From Planctomycetaceae bacterium (GTDB lineage Bacteria; Planctomycetota; Planctomycetia; Pirellulales; UBA1268), in assembly GCA_011523305.1 (NCBI GenBank), contig WTHB01000147.1, positions 35 to 64,034 on the forward strand: a DNA stretch of 64,000 bases, in the 5' to 3' direction. Both the position numbers and the translations under genes were made by a program. The notes beneath the pieces are model-generated. The model made no database searches. It saw nothing but the letters and a program-made list of their open reading frames with translations, and was not told the DNA's origin. Each line of letters opens with the position of its first letter. Position 1 is the first letter of the stretch. This document shows, piece after piece, positions 39,801 to 49,630 of this stretch.

Positions 39801-39813
39801 AGGAGTTCCGGCC

Positions 39814-40581
39814 TCAGGCGTTCGCAGTCCGCCCGCGATCGCCAGGGAGGTGATGGTCTGGCTCAATGCCCTCCTCACCGAGCGCCTCAAGAGCGTTGCT
39901 GGCGGCCCCCTGCTCTGCCTCTTTCTTGTTGCGGCCCCACGCCGGTGGATACCGCCGCCTCCCAATTTGGGCCCGCACCTGGAATTCCTTGTTGTGATCG
40001 GGGCCGACCTCGTCAATCACCTCGTAGGTCGGTGCAACACCGAATGCCCCCTGGGCCAGTTGCTGCAGCAGCGACTTATGATTGCACCCCTCCTTGCCAC
40101 TGACGACCTTGGCAATTTCGGGGAACACCCAAGTGGCCAGAAAGGCCCGTGCCGGCTCAATGCCACCATCGAGGTAGATCGCGGCCACCAACGACTCAAA
40201 CATGTCCGAAAGCACCGAGGTCGGCACCGCCCGATCCGTCGACATGCCCTTGCCGACCACCAGAAAATCGACCAGCCCCAACTGACTGCTGATCCGGCTA
40301 CAGGTTTCCCGGCTGACCACCGCTGACTTGATCCGGGTGAGGTCGCCTTCCAGCGAATCTGGGAACTCCTGGTAAAGCCGGGCACAGACGACAAAGCCCA
40401 GAATGGAGTCACCGAGAAACTCCAGCCGTTCATTGGACGCCAGCCGATGCTGGGCCCCCGAGGCATGCGTCACCGCAGCCTGAAGCAGGCTGCGATCGCG
40501 GAACCGGTAGCCGATTCGCTCCTCGCAGGCCGCCAGGCCATCGACCGGCGCAGCGGTGTCGAGGGTCGGCTTTTCGGGCAT
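39814..40581 (-). CDS. rnc: Ribonuclease III
   Basis: NERLEFLGDSIL signature, SDMFESLVAAIYLDGG, dsRBD GPDHNKEF...KKEAEQGAA. Confidence 0.96.
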   Translation of the reverse strand: MPEKPTLDTAAPVDGLAACEERIGYRFRDRSLLQAAVTHASGAQHRLASNERLEFLGDSILGFVVCARLYQEFPDSLEGDLTRIKSAVVSRETCSRISSQLGLVDFLVVGKGMSTDRAVPTSVLSDMFESLVAAIYLDGGIEPARAFLATWVFPEIAKVVSGKEGCNHKSLLQQLAQGAFGVAPTYEVIDEVGPDHNKEFQVRAQIGRRRYPPAWGRNKKEAEQGAASNALEALGEEGIEPDHHLPGDRGRTANA

Positions 40582-40897
40582 TTCATGTTCCCAGATGCTT
40601 CTGGCAGCCTAAAAACCCGAGGCATCCCCTGTCAAACCAGCGTTCGTCCCGGTCCCGCTCCAGCGGCCCCCGCAGAAAATTGGTGCCGCCGACTGAACCG
40701 CCACCGCCGGGCGTTCGTATTCAATGTCTTGGAGGCAGTCTGCCGGCAGAGCCCAAGTCCTGTTGTGTGGGATCGTCCGGCTGGCCCGGATCGGCCTATG
40801 ATGACGGAAACGGCAGCATCCGTATGCCGACTTGTCTCATCTGGCAGGTGCCCTTCAAACTCAGATGCTGACCGATTGATCAAAGGAGGAAGACAAC

Positions 40898-42424
40898 GTG
40901 TCTACGCATGAAACCCCAGATGGTGCGGTGGCCACCAGCCGCCGCGTTCGCACCCTGTTTTTTCCGCTCGTGGCGAGCGCCGCCCTGCTGATGACGGTTC
41001 CGGCTGAATCGCTGGCTGCCGAGCCGGCCGCAGGCCCTGTCGCCGCAGCCAACGCCCTTTCCCGGGCGTTCCGTGATGCAGCGGGTAAAGCCACGCCCAG
41101 CGTGGTGGTGGTCCGAAGTGAAACCAAGGCTCGCAACGTCACCGCCAATGGTGGCCGCCGCGGCCCGATGGACAACCCGTTCCGCGGCACGCCGTTTGAA
41201 GACTTTTTCCGGGACGGCATGCCGGAGGGGTTCGGTGCCCCCAACGGCCGAACCCCGCCGCGTTCCGGGATCGGCTCAGGTGTGATTGTCGATGCTACCG
41301 GCATCGTGCTGACCAACAACCATGTGGTTGAAGGTGCCGATGAGGTGACGGTCGAACTGACCGACGGCCGAGAATTCAAGGCGGCCGACATCAAAACCGA
41401 TCCCGACAGTGACATCGCTGTGATTCGCCTCGCGGATGCCACAGGCCTGCCGACGGCCGCTCTGGGCAATTCCGATGAGCTCGAGATCGGCGACTGGGTG
41501 ATCGCCATCGGCAACCCGTTTGAATTGGAGACGACGGTCAGTGCCGGCATCATCTCGGCGAAGGGGCGTGAACTGGGACGGATTCGCCGGTCCAAGTTCC
41601 TCCAGACTGATGCGGCGATCAACCCGGGCAACTCTGGTGGCCCACTCGTCAACCTGGCTGGTGAAGTGATCGGCATCAACACTGCCATCGCTTCCAACAG
41701 CGGTGCCTATCAGGGCATCGGCTTTGCCATTCCGATCAACCAGGCCCGCTGGGTAAGCGATCAGTTGATAGCCCGGGGAAATGTTGAGCGTGGCTACCTG
41801 GGCGTGTCGATTGCTCCGCTCGACACTGACATGGCGGAAAAACTCGGGGCAGCCGGCCGGAAGGGTGTCCTCGTCACCGAGGTCATGCCTGGCACGCCGG
41901 CAGCCGAAGCCGGTCTCCAGGATCTCGACCTGGTGTTGTCATTTGACGGCAAGCCGGTGGACAGCCCCCGGACGCTTCAAGAAGTGGTCGAACGAGCTTC
42001 CATCGGCAACAAGCACACGGTTGTCGTGCTGCGAGACGGCAAGGAAGTGACGGTCAACGTCGAGGTGAAGACCCTGCCTGATCAGTTCGGCCAGCGGCAA
42101 CAGGGACGGCGCATCGCCCCCGGCGGTGCAGAGACTTTCTATTCGAAGGCCTTCGGGCTTGAAGTTCGCGAGAAGGGCTCGATTGCTGAGGATGCCTATG
42201 AAGGGTTTGACGGTGTGCTGGTCGACCGCGTTGACCCCGATGGCTTGGCGGCCGAAGTCGGCCTCAGCCCCGGCGTGCTGATCCGCAAGGTGGGCAAAAC
42301 GCCCGTCACGTCCATCGATGAGTTTGCAGCGGCCTTGGAGCAGGAGACGCCTGAAGCAGGAGTCGTACTGCAAATCCGCACGCCTCGCGGCAACGCGGTC
42401 ATCCTCTTGAAAAAAGAGGTCTGA
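40898..42424 (+). CDS. DegP/HtrA (Do family) periplasmic serine protease with two PDZ domains
   Basis: LTNNHVV, DIAVI, QTDAAINPGNSGGPL; two PDZ domains; AAGGAGG SD before GTG. Confidence 0.93.
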   Translation: MSTHETPDGAVATSRRVRTLFFPLVASAALLMTVPAESLAAEPAAGPVAAANALSRAFRDAAGKATPSVVVVRSETKARNVTANGGRRGPMDNPFRGTPFEDFFRDGMPEGFGAPNGRTPPRSGIGSGVIVDATGIVLTNNHVVEGADEVTVELTDGREFKAADIKTDPDSDIAVIRLADATGLPTAALGNSDELEIGDWVIAIGNPFELETTVSAGIISAKGRELGRIRRSKFLQTDAAINPGNSGGPLVNLAGEVIGINTAIASNSGAYQGIGFAIPINQARWVSDQLIARGNVERGYLGVSIAPLDTDMAEKLGAAGRKGVLVTEVMPGTPAAEAGLQDLDLVLSFDGKPVDSPRTLQEVVERASIGNKHTVVVLRDGKEVTVNVEVKTLPDQFGQRQQGRRIAPGGAETFYSKAFGLEVREKGSIAEDAYEGFDGVLVDRVDPDGLAAEVGLSPGVLIRKVGKTPVTSIDEFAAALEQETPEAGVVLQIRTPRGNAVILLKKEV

Positions 42425-42502
42425 CCTTCAAGGCTGAGTACAGTGTACGCGGTGGCCCCGGTCGTTCGGCCGGGGCCACCTGCATATTCCTGGAGACCCG
42501 TC

Positions 42503-43219
42503 ATGGCCACGCTTGGCGTCAATATTGATCACGTTGCCACCGTTCGACAGGCCCGCCGCACCATCGAGCCTGATCCAATCTGGGCTGCAGCCGCCGCCGA
42601 ACTCGGCGGCGCTGACGCGATCACGGTACATCTGCGTGAAGACCGCCGTCACATTCAGGACCGCGACCTCGACCTGCTCAAGCAGACCGTGCAGGTGAAG
42701 CTCAATCTTGAGTCAGCAATCACGCCAGCGATGACCGCAATCGCGTGCCGAGTCAAACCTGACCAGGTCACCCTGGTGCCGGAAAACCGGGCCGAGGTCA
42801 CAACCGAGGGGGGGCTCGATGTCGTTGGTCAGCGCGAGGCTGTCGCCATCGCCGTTGGGCAGTTGCAGGATGCCGGCATCACAGTTTCGCTCTTTATCGA
42901 CCCCGATCCAGACCAGATCGAGGCCTCAGCCGCGCTCAATGTGGCTGCCGTCGAACTCCATACCGGCAGCTATGCGAATGCCTCTTCCGAGGCTGCCCGC
43001 GACCATGAACTGCAAGCCCTCGCCCGAGCCGCCACCCTCATTCGACAGGCCGGACTCACACTCAATGCCGGCCACGGCCTCACCTACCGAAACGTCGTGC
43101 CGGTCGCCGAGTTGGAGGGCATGCATGAACTTAACATCGGGCACTCCATTGTCGCGCGGGCCATCTTCACCGGCATGACCACAGCTGTCCGTGAGATGAA
43201 GGCCCTTATCAGCGGCTGA
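42503..43219 (+). CDS. pdxJ: Pyridoxine 5'-phosphate synthase
   Basis: [50 protein letters not shown]. Confidence 0.96.
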   Translation: MATLGVNIDHVATVRQARRTIEPDPIWAAAAAELGGADAITVHLREDRRHIQDRDLDLLKQTVQVKLNLESAITPAMTAIACRVKPDQVTLVPENRAEVTTEGGLDVVGQREAVAIAVGQLQDAGITVSLFIDPDPDQIEASAALNVAAVELHTGSYANASSEAARDHELQALARAATLIRQAGLTLNAGHGLTYRNVVPVAELEGMHELNIGHSIVARAIFTGMTTAVREMKALISG

Positions 43220-43387
43220 CCAGCAGGTGGCCCCGCAGCGGTGAGCACGGCTGAGACTTCGGGCCAGTTCGCCATCTGATCGCTGCCGCCAGACGCACCT
43301 CGCTTGCCAAAGCGATCTCGGCCCGTATTCTGAAGATGGTACGGCGGACAAACCACTCAAGCCCCCTTCGAACCGCTTTTTCCGCCA

Positions 43388-46147
43388 ATGGTCAACGACG
43401 AACTGCTTCGCCGGGATATCCGCCTCCTCGAGGGTGTGCTTGAAGGGGTCATCGTCGAACTCGCTGGGCAGGAAACCTTCGACCGCCTGGCGGTGATTCG
43501 CCGGCTGGCTCGGGAACGCCGCAGCGGAGAACATGCCGCAGAGCAACCGCTGGCTGAGCGAATTGAGTCACTCGACACAGCCACCGCCAGTGACATTGTT
43601 CAGGCGATGACAATCTATTTCGATCTGGTCAACATCGCCGAAGACCGGCAGCGGGTCCGCGTCCTCCGGGATCGGGAGCGAGCGAGCTTTCCTGAACCGA
43701 TTGGCGAGTCGCTCGCTGCGGGGCTGAACGAACTGAAGAGCCTCGGGCTGGGTGCCGCCGAGGTGCAGCAGGCGCTCGACCGGCTGTCGATCGAACTGGT
43801 CTTCACCGCCCACCCCAGCGAGGCCAAACGCCGCAGTATTCGGGCCCGGCTGCGGCGGATGCGAGCCTGCCTGAAACGGCTCGACACCGCCGACATTCTC
43901 CCCCGCGAAAAGGCCGCCCTTGAAAGCGAACTCCGGAGCGAACTGGCGATTCTCTGGCAGTCTGACTTCCTGCGGCCAACACGCCCGTCGGTGCTCGATG
44001 AAGTCAACCGTGGCCTGTCGATCATGCCCCGACTCTGGACCGCGGTCACCGACGTCTACGCCGCCCTCCGCCGTGGTCTCGCCGAAGCCTATCCAAACGC
44101 CCACTTTACCATCCCCCCTTTTCTCACCTTCGGCTCATGGATGGGTGGTGACCGCGACGGCAATCCCTTTGTCACGACTGAGATCACTGCTCAGACACTG
44201 GTGCGGCTGCGGCAGGCAGCCATCACCACGCACCTCCAGTGGTGTCAGCGGCTTCATGACATGCTAACGATCTCCCTGACCTCGGCAGCCGGCGCTCACG
44301 AACTGCTCACGCGTTTGACTGATCTGCATCAGCAGTGGCCTGACCTAACGCCAGCAGACAGCGGCATTCCTCCCAACGAGGCCTACCGTCAGTGGCTGCG
44401 AATGATCCGCTTCCGTCTGGAAGCCTCACAGGCTGCCTCGCTGGATGCCCCTCCGGCTCTGCACGCCTACACCGACCCTGCTGACTTTGAGGCCGACGTT
44501 GCCCTGATCGTCGACTGCCTGGAACGTGACCACGGACTGTCACTCGATGCTCCGGCACGTCGGTGGCTCGATCTGGTCCGAACCTTTGGGCTCCACATGA
44601 CCCGACTCGACATCCGCCAGGATGCCCGTCGGTATGAAGAGATTATCGGGGACATTTTTGCAGCCCTCGGGCACCTGCCGGAGAAGGCTGCCTACGCGGC
44701 GCTCCCTGACGCTGACCGGAGTCGACTGCTGATCGAAACGATGGGCACCGCCACCGAACTCCCAGAAGATGGGCTCGAACCGCTCACCATCGACACGCTC
44801 CGGCTCTTTGCCACGCTTCAACAGGCATCGGTTCGATTCGGACATGCCTGCCTGGGCGGCGCAATTATCAGCCTCACCCGGACGCCGGCCGATGTGCTGG
44901 CGGTTCTCTGGCTCTGGCGGTGGGCCGTCAGCCGAGCCAATGCAGAAGGCAAGCCGATCTCAGCCCAGACCATCGCCATTGTCCCGCTCTTCGAAAAGAT
45001 CGGTGACCTGGCCAGGGCCGAGGAAACGCTCGGTGCGATTCTCGATGAACCCGCCTACGCCGAGCACCTGGCCCAAAGCGGCAACCGGCAGATTGTGATG
45101 GTTGGATACTCCGACAGTACCAAGGACGGTGGTTACCTGGCTGCCTGCTGGGGACTGCAGGATGCCCAGCGGAAACTCCACGATGCCGCGGAACAGCGGG
45201 GAGTCGGCCTCACCTTCTTCCACGGTCGTGGCGGCTCTCTCGGTCGCGGCGGCGGGCCGGCAGCTCGCGGCATCCTCTCACTACCGGCCAAGAGCCTGGA
45301 CGGCTCCCTCCGACTGACCGAGCAGGGTGAGGTTCTGGCTGAGCGGTACGACGACGCCGAAATTGCCAGCCGGCATCTCGAGCAGGTTTCATGGGCAACC
45401 CTGGTGGCCTCCAGCGTTCGCCGGGTCGACCCTGCCCCAGAGTGGACCACCTTGGCGGAACGGATGTCGGACCGCAGCCGCGCGATTTACCGCGACCTGG
45501 TCGATCAGCCCGGCTTCATCACCTACTTCTCCCAGACCACACCCATCGAAGACATCGAGAACCTGCCGATCGCGTCGCGGCCCTCCCGCCGCCGGGGCGA
45601 ACGCAGCCTCGACGACCTGCGGGCCATTCCCTGGGTCTTCGCCTGGACGCAGAGCCGCTGCATGATCCCCGCCTGGTACGGCCTCGGCACCGCGCTCACC
45701 GAAATCAAGTACGACGACCGGCAGCACTGGCGGACCGTCTGCGACATGTATCGCAGCTGGCCGTTCTTCCAGGCAACGATCGACAACGCGACGCTCGCCC
45801 TGGCCAAGGCCGACATGGTGATTGCCCAGCGATACTCCGAACTCTGCGGCGATGACGACGTCCGGCGGCGGATCTGGCAGCGGATCGCCGCCGAACGGGA
45901 CAAGGCCCGCCAGGCGATTCTCGACATCGTTGGCGGTGGTGAACTGCTGTCGCATACGCCCTGGTTCCAGCGGTCGATCGAGGCCCGCAACCCGTCGATC
46001 GACCCACTCAATCTAATTCAGATCGAGTTCATGCAGCGTCGTGCCGCGGCCCCACCGGCGGATGGTGGCCAACCCGACCCTGCCGTCGGCGACCTGCTGC
46101 GACTCTGCGTGCAGGGCATCGCCGCTGGCATGCGAACCACTGGCTGA
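43388..46147 (+). CDS. ppc: Phosphoenolpyruvate carboxylase
   Basis: VFTAHPSE, SWMGGDRDGNP, MVGYSDSTKDGG, FHGRGGSLGRGGGP, LRAIPWVFAWTQSR, C-terminal MRTTG. Confidence 0.96.
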   Translation: MVNDELLRRDIRLLEGVLEGVIVELAGQETFDRLAVIRRLARERRSGEHAAEQPLAERIESLDTATASDIVQAMTIYFDLVNIAEDRQRVRVLRDRERASFPEPIGESLAAGLNELKSLGLGAAEVQQALDRLSIELVFTAHPSEAKRRSIRARLRRMRACLKRLDTADILPREKAALESELRSELAILWQSDFLRPTRPSVLDEVNRGLSIMPRLWTAVTDVYAALRRGLAEAYPNAHFTIPPFLTFGSWMGGDRDGNPFVTTEITAQTLVRLRQAAITTHLQWCQRLHDMLTISLTSAAGAHELLTRLTDLHQQWPDLTPADSGIPPNEAYRQWLRMIRFRLEASQAASLDAPPALHAYTDPADFEADVALIVDCLERDHGLSLDAPARRWLDLVRTFGLHMTRLDIRQDARRYEEIIGDIFAALGHLPEKAAYAALPDADRSRLLIETMGTATELPEDGLEPLTIDTLRLFATLQQASVRFGHACLGGAIISLTRTPADVLAVLWLWRWAVSRANAEGKPISAQTIAIVPLFEKIGDLARAEETLGAILDEPAYAEHLAQSGNRQIVMVGYSDSTKDGGYLAACWGLQDAQRKLHDAAEQRGVGLTFFHGRGGSLGRGGGPAARGILSLPAKSLDGSLRLTEQGEVLAERYDDAEIASRHLEQVSWATLVASSVRRVDPAPEWTTLAERMSDRSRAIYRDLVDQPGFITYFSQTTPIEDIENLPIASRPSRRRGERSLDDLRAIPWVFAWTQSRCMIPAWYGLGTALTEIKYDDRQHWRTVCDMYRSWPFFQATIDNATLALAKADMVIAQRYSELCGDDDVRRRIWQRIAAERDKARQAILDIVGGGELLSHTPWFQRSIEARNPSIDPLNLIQIEFMQRRAAAPPADGGQPDPAVGDLLRLCVQGIAAGMRTTG

Positions 46148-46313
46148 AGCCCCACGCAGCTCTTGAACCCCTTGCCCGGCATTCCGCTGGGCCGGTTGTG
46201 ACGGCTGCACCGCCTTCACCCCACAGCAGGATCGACCACTTGGCATTTGCCCATCGGCCGACGTGGTCAATAGTTGGGATGTGCCGGCCCTCCTCGCACC
46301 CCTCTCGATTCCC

Positions 46314-46592
46314 ATGCGCACGCTTTTCTGCCTCGCCCTGCTTGCGGCTTCGGCCGTGGGCACCACCGTTTTGGCTGCGAACAATCCTGGCGTCATCGCT
46401 TCCGGTGATGAGCGAGCCCGCCTTCAAAGTACACCAATTGAACAGCGGCCCTACCGCCCCCTGCACTTTTACGGCAACGCCGTACGAAGGCGGCACTACC
46501 GCTCCACAGGGCGGCCAAGTCGTTCATCATCGCAGCAGATCCGAACAACCCGTCAATCAAGCTCAACCCGGGTCACGCGAGCAAGGCCGTGA
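46314..46592 (+). CDS. Small secreted basic hypothetical protein
   Basis: Clear signal peptide MRTLFCLALLAASAVG; conserved-looking core TPIEQRPYRPLHFYGNAVRR. Confidence 0.6.
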   Translation: MRTLFCLALLAASAVGTTVLAANNPGVIASGDERARLQSTPIEQRPYRPLHFYGNAVRRRHYRSTGRPSRSSSQQIRTTRQSSSTRVTRARP

Positions 46593-47233
46593 ACACGGTA
46601 CTCAACTCCAGTCGTTGATTCGATACAGCGATAGCGGCTCCGGAGCCGATTGCCTAGCAAGAAACGTCGTCCACTCTCCGTTTCGAAGAGTGACCCAGGG
46701 CATAGTTCTTCCACTCGGCAAAAGCCCCCCCCACCTGCGTCATACCGTGACAGCACCAGTAACAGTTGCCGATCGCTGCAGGTCGCTGCCCGAGGCCTCA
46801 GCGCGGCCCGGTTCAGCGCAGCAACCACATCCTCAGGCAGCAGGCTCTTCTCAATGACTGGTTGCAAGAGAGAGGCAAACTGCTGCTGCCACTCCCGGCC
46901 ATGAGGCCGGAGCCGGCGGTGGCGACCGGCGTGCTCAACATGGGTGGTCAGATGGGCAATCTCATGCAACAGGGTCACGCAGAAAGCCTGCGGGTTGAGG
47001 TCGTCATTGAGGGTGATCCGATGCCAGGGAACGGCAGGTGTGGGGGGACGGTAATCGCCCAACTTGGTCGCCCGCCGCGGCACGATCCGCACCTCGGCTG
47101 GATACTGTTGGCAAAGCTCATTGACATAGTTGCTCACCCCCTCAGGGAGACGAGCCATCACCCCAGCTAGATCGGTGGCCACTGGTGACCTTTGGGAAGA
47201 CTGCATCCTGGTCAGTGCACTTAGAATGCTCAT
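46553..47233 (-). CDS. SprT-like zinc metalloprotease-domain protein
   Basis: KLGDYR, TLLHEIAHL, PHGREWQ; start MSILS (47233) uncertain. Confidence 0.82.
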   Translation of the reverse strand: MSILSALTRMQSSQRSPVATDLAGVMARLPEGVSNYVNELCQQYPAEVRIVPRRATKLGDYRPPTPAVPWHRITLNDDLNPQAFCVTLLHEIAHLTTHVEHAGRHRRLRPHGREWQQQFASLLQPVIEKSLLPEDVVAALNRAALRPRAATCSDRQLLLVLSRYDAGGGGFCRVEELCPGSLFETESGRRFLLGNRLRSRYRCIESTTGVEYRVHGLARVTRVELD

Positions 47234-47375
47234 AACGATGAGGCCACCATGCTTCGCATCAGGCACGCTTAGACAGACATAGCAAACTGATATCTGGCGG
47301 GATGCCCTCTCTCTAGAGCACGCCGCGTCGCCAATCACACAGGACTGGCGGGGCGTTTGGCCTGCTCACTTCCTG

Positions 47376-47750
47376 TCAAACATTCGCCTTGGCTGGGCCG
47401 GCTGCTGCAGCCTGCGCCTGCCACGGCAATCGTCCTTCGACCTCCATCTGCAGGGCCAGGCTGAGAAAGGTCCGGATGATCACGATGAGACCCAGCACCA
47501 GCACACTCTCAAGCGTTGGCGTCACGGCGACCGTTCGAATGATGTCGGCGGCCACCAGAAACTCCAAGCCAAGCAGAATGCCCCGCCCCAGATCCTGCCG
47601 GAATTGCCGGTATCGGCCCAGCGGTGAGGCTGGCCGCAACAGCACCCGCCAGACCGCCGCAATGATACCCAGCACCACCACGAGCACCCCACCGGCATCA
47701 ATCGCCAGCCCAACTTGCTCGACCGCTGCTCGAAACGAATCAATGCTCAT
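47376..47750 (-). CDS. DUF1622 membrane protein
   Basis: RQDLGRGILLGLEFLVAADIIRTV, LGLIVIIRTFLS. Confidence 0.88.
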   Translation of the reverse strand: MSIDSFRAAVEQVGLAIDAGGVLVVVLGIIAAVWRVLLRPASPLGRYRQFRQDLGRGILLGLEFLVAADIIRTVAVTPTLESVLVLGLIVIIRTFLSLALQMEVEGRLPWQAQAAAAGPAKANV

Positions 47751-47812
47751 GCTCTCTCCCACTGAAGTTTCGGAACAGGTCTCGAATGACGGCTCACCAG
47801 GTCCTTCATCTC

Positions 47813-48544
47813 TCAGCCACCCCGATCCTCTGACAGGGAAGCAATTCTGGCAATCAGGGTCGCCGGAAAGAGGAGCCCACAGAGTCCCTCGAGAGAAGCA
47901 ATTGTCAGCGGAACAGAACCCACCGGCACAAGATCGCTGTAGCCTGCAGTCGTCAGGGTGGCGAAGGAAAACCAGATGTAATCGACCCAGCGGATTTCCC
48001 GTTCCCCTTCAAACTCACTCGGCAGGCCGTACGTGCCAAATTCATGCAAACTGACAAAGGCGTGAATTCCAGCGAAGATAACCCCCAGCATGATGAAACT
48101 CGCGGCCCCACAATAAATCCGCTGAGTCGCCGGTACATTTGACCGGAACGCCTGCCTGATACAAATCGCCACGCAAATCACCTTGACGACCAGGAACATC
48201 AAGATCGGCGGAGGACGCACACCTGTCGTGACGGCAAACCCAAACAGAAACCAGCCGCCAGCAATTGCACTCGTCGCGACTAGAAGAAGGGTTAACCGTT
48301 GATACCCCAAAATCCAGACAATGGCGATGGCCAGTGCGAGGCTGAAAAACACATAGTCCGGAGGAGCTATCACCTGCCCACGGTCAAAAAAAGGCACGGC
48401 AGCGATCGACAAAATCTGACTGAGAAAAATCAGCATGCCGTGACGGGCAAGCCTGGCTTTGTGGCCGTAGACCCGCTCCCCGAAGGAGCCCGCGTCTTGA
48501 GATTCATTCTGCTGCGTCAGGGCACGAAAGAACCGAACAATCAT
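47813..48544 (-). CDS. Ion channel (Ion_trans_2/KcsA-like pore) with atypical filter
   Basis: Multi-TM; pore helix WFSFATLTTAGYSDLVP, inner helix EGLCGLLFPATLIARI. Confidence 0.8.
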   Translation of the reverse strand: MIVRFFRALTQQNESQDAGSFGERVYGHKARLARHGMLIFLSQILSIAAVPFFDRGQVIAPPDYVFFSLALAIAIVWILGYQRLTLLLVATSAIAGGWFLFGFAVTTGVRPPPILMFLVVKVICVAICIRQAFRSNVPATQRIYCGAASFIMLGVIFAGIHAFVSLHEFGTYGLPSEFEGEREIRWVDYIWFSFATLTTAGYSDLVPVGSVPLTIASLEGLCGLLFPATLIARIASLSEDRGG

Positions 48545-48700
48545 CTGACTTTACCTCTCTGACCACCAGGTGACGACCCGCAGGCCACTTCGGTGCAAAT
48601 CAATCTTCACCTGGTGTGAATCAAGTCAGTATTCTGCCACGGCTCCCGCTCCTCTGGGGAGGGGAAAACTCTCCGCACCTACCCTGCCTTAGAAAACCCA

Positions 48701-49609
48701 ATGGCCACCAGCCTCCTGCTCCTCCTTGACGACATCGCTAGCGTCCTTGACGACGTTTCGGTGATGACGAAGGTCGCTGCCAAAAAGACTGCGGGTGTTC
48801 TCGGGGATGACCTGGCCCTCAATGCCAAGCAGGTCACCGGCCTGACCGCTGACCGAGAACTGCCGGTGGTCTGGCGGGTGGCCATGGGGTCGCTGTTAAA
48901 CAAGGTCCTGCTTGTTCCAACAGCTCTCCTCCTCAGCTGGATTTTGCCAGCCGCGATCACCCCCCTGCTGATGGCTGGCGGGCTCTACCTCTGCTACGAG
49001 GGTGCGGAAAAGGTTATCCACACATTCCTGCACCGCTCCCCCGCCAACCAGCATCCCCCGGCACGCGCAATCGAACCAGACTCGGTCTTACACGATCCCA
49101 GCACCCTTGAACGGGCACGTGTTCATGGGGCAATTCGGACTGACTTCATCCTATCGGCTGAAATTATCGTGATCACCCTTGGAATTGTGGCTGCGCAATC
49201 TTTTGCTGTGCAACTTGGTGTTCTTGTGATGATTTCTTTACTCATGACGATTGGCGTTTATGGACTCGTCGCCGGTATCGTGAAACTTGACGACCTCGGG
49301 ATCTGGCTGCTTCGGCAATCGGCGGTCGCGAGTCAGACCATCGGCCGGGGCATCGTGACAGCAGCCCCTTGGCTGATGCGATTCCTCACTGTCGCGGGCA
49401 CAACTGCCATGTTTCTCGTTGGGGGAAGCATTGTGCTACACGGAATTCCGGCCGCACATCACGCCGCAGAGAACCTAGTACACCATGGCCCGGCAGGCCT
49501 CGCGCCCCTTGCCCAGATGGTTCTCAATGGGCTCGTTGGACTGCTTACGGGCGGTCTACTGCTGGCCGTGACACAGGCTGGACGTGCCGCCTTCGGGCGA
49601 CACGCCTAG
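48701..49609 (+). CDS. DUF808 (YedI) family membrane protein
   Basis: LLDDIA.VLDDV, KKTAGVLGDDLALNA, GAIRTDFILSAEIIVI, GIVKLDD. Confidence 0.9.
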   Translation: MATSLLLLLDDIASVLDDVSVMTKVAAKKTAGVLGDDLALNAKQVTGLTADRELPVVWRVAMGSLLNKVLLVPTALLLSWILPAAITPLLMAGGLYLCYEGAEKVIHTFLHRSPANQHPPARAIEPDSVLHDPSTLERARVHGAIRTDFILSAEIIVITLGIVAAQSFAVQLGVLVMISLLMTIGVYGLVAGIVKLDDLGIWLLRQSAVASQTIGRGIVTAAPWLMRFLTVAGTTAMFLVGGSIVLHGIPAAHHAAENLVHHGPAGLAPLAQMVLNGLVGLLTGGLLLAVTQAGRAAFGRHA

Positions 49610-49630
49610 CCCACGAACACGCCAGATCTA

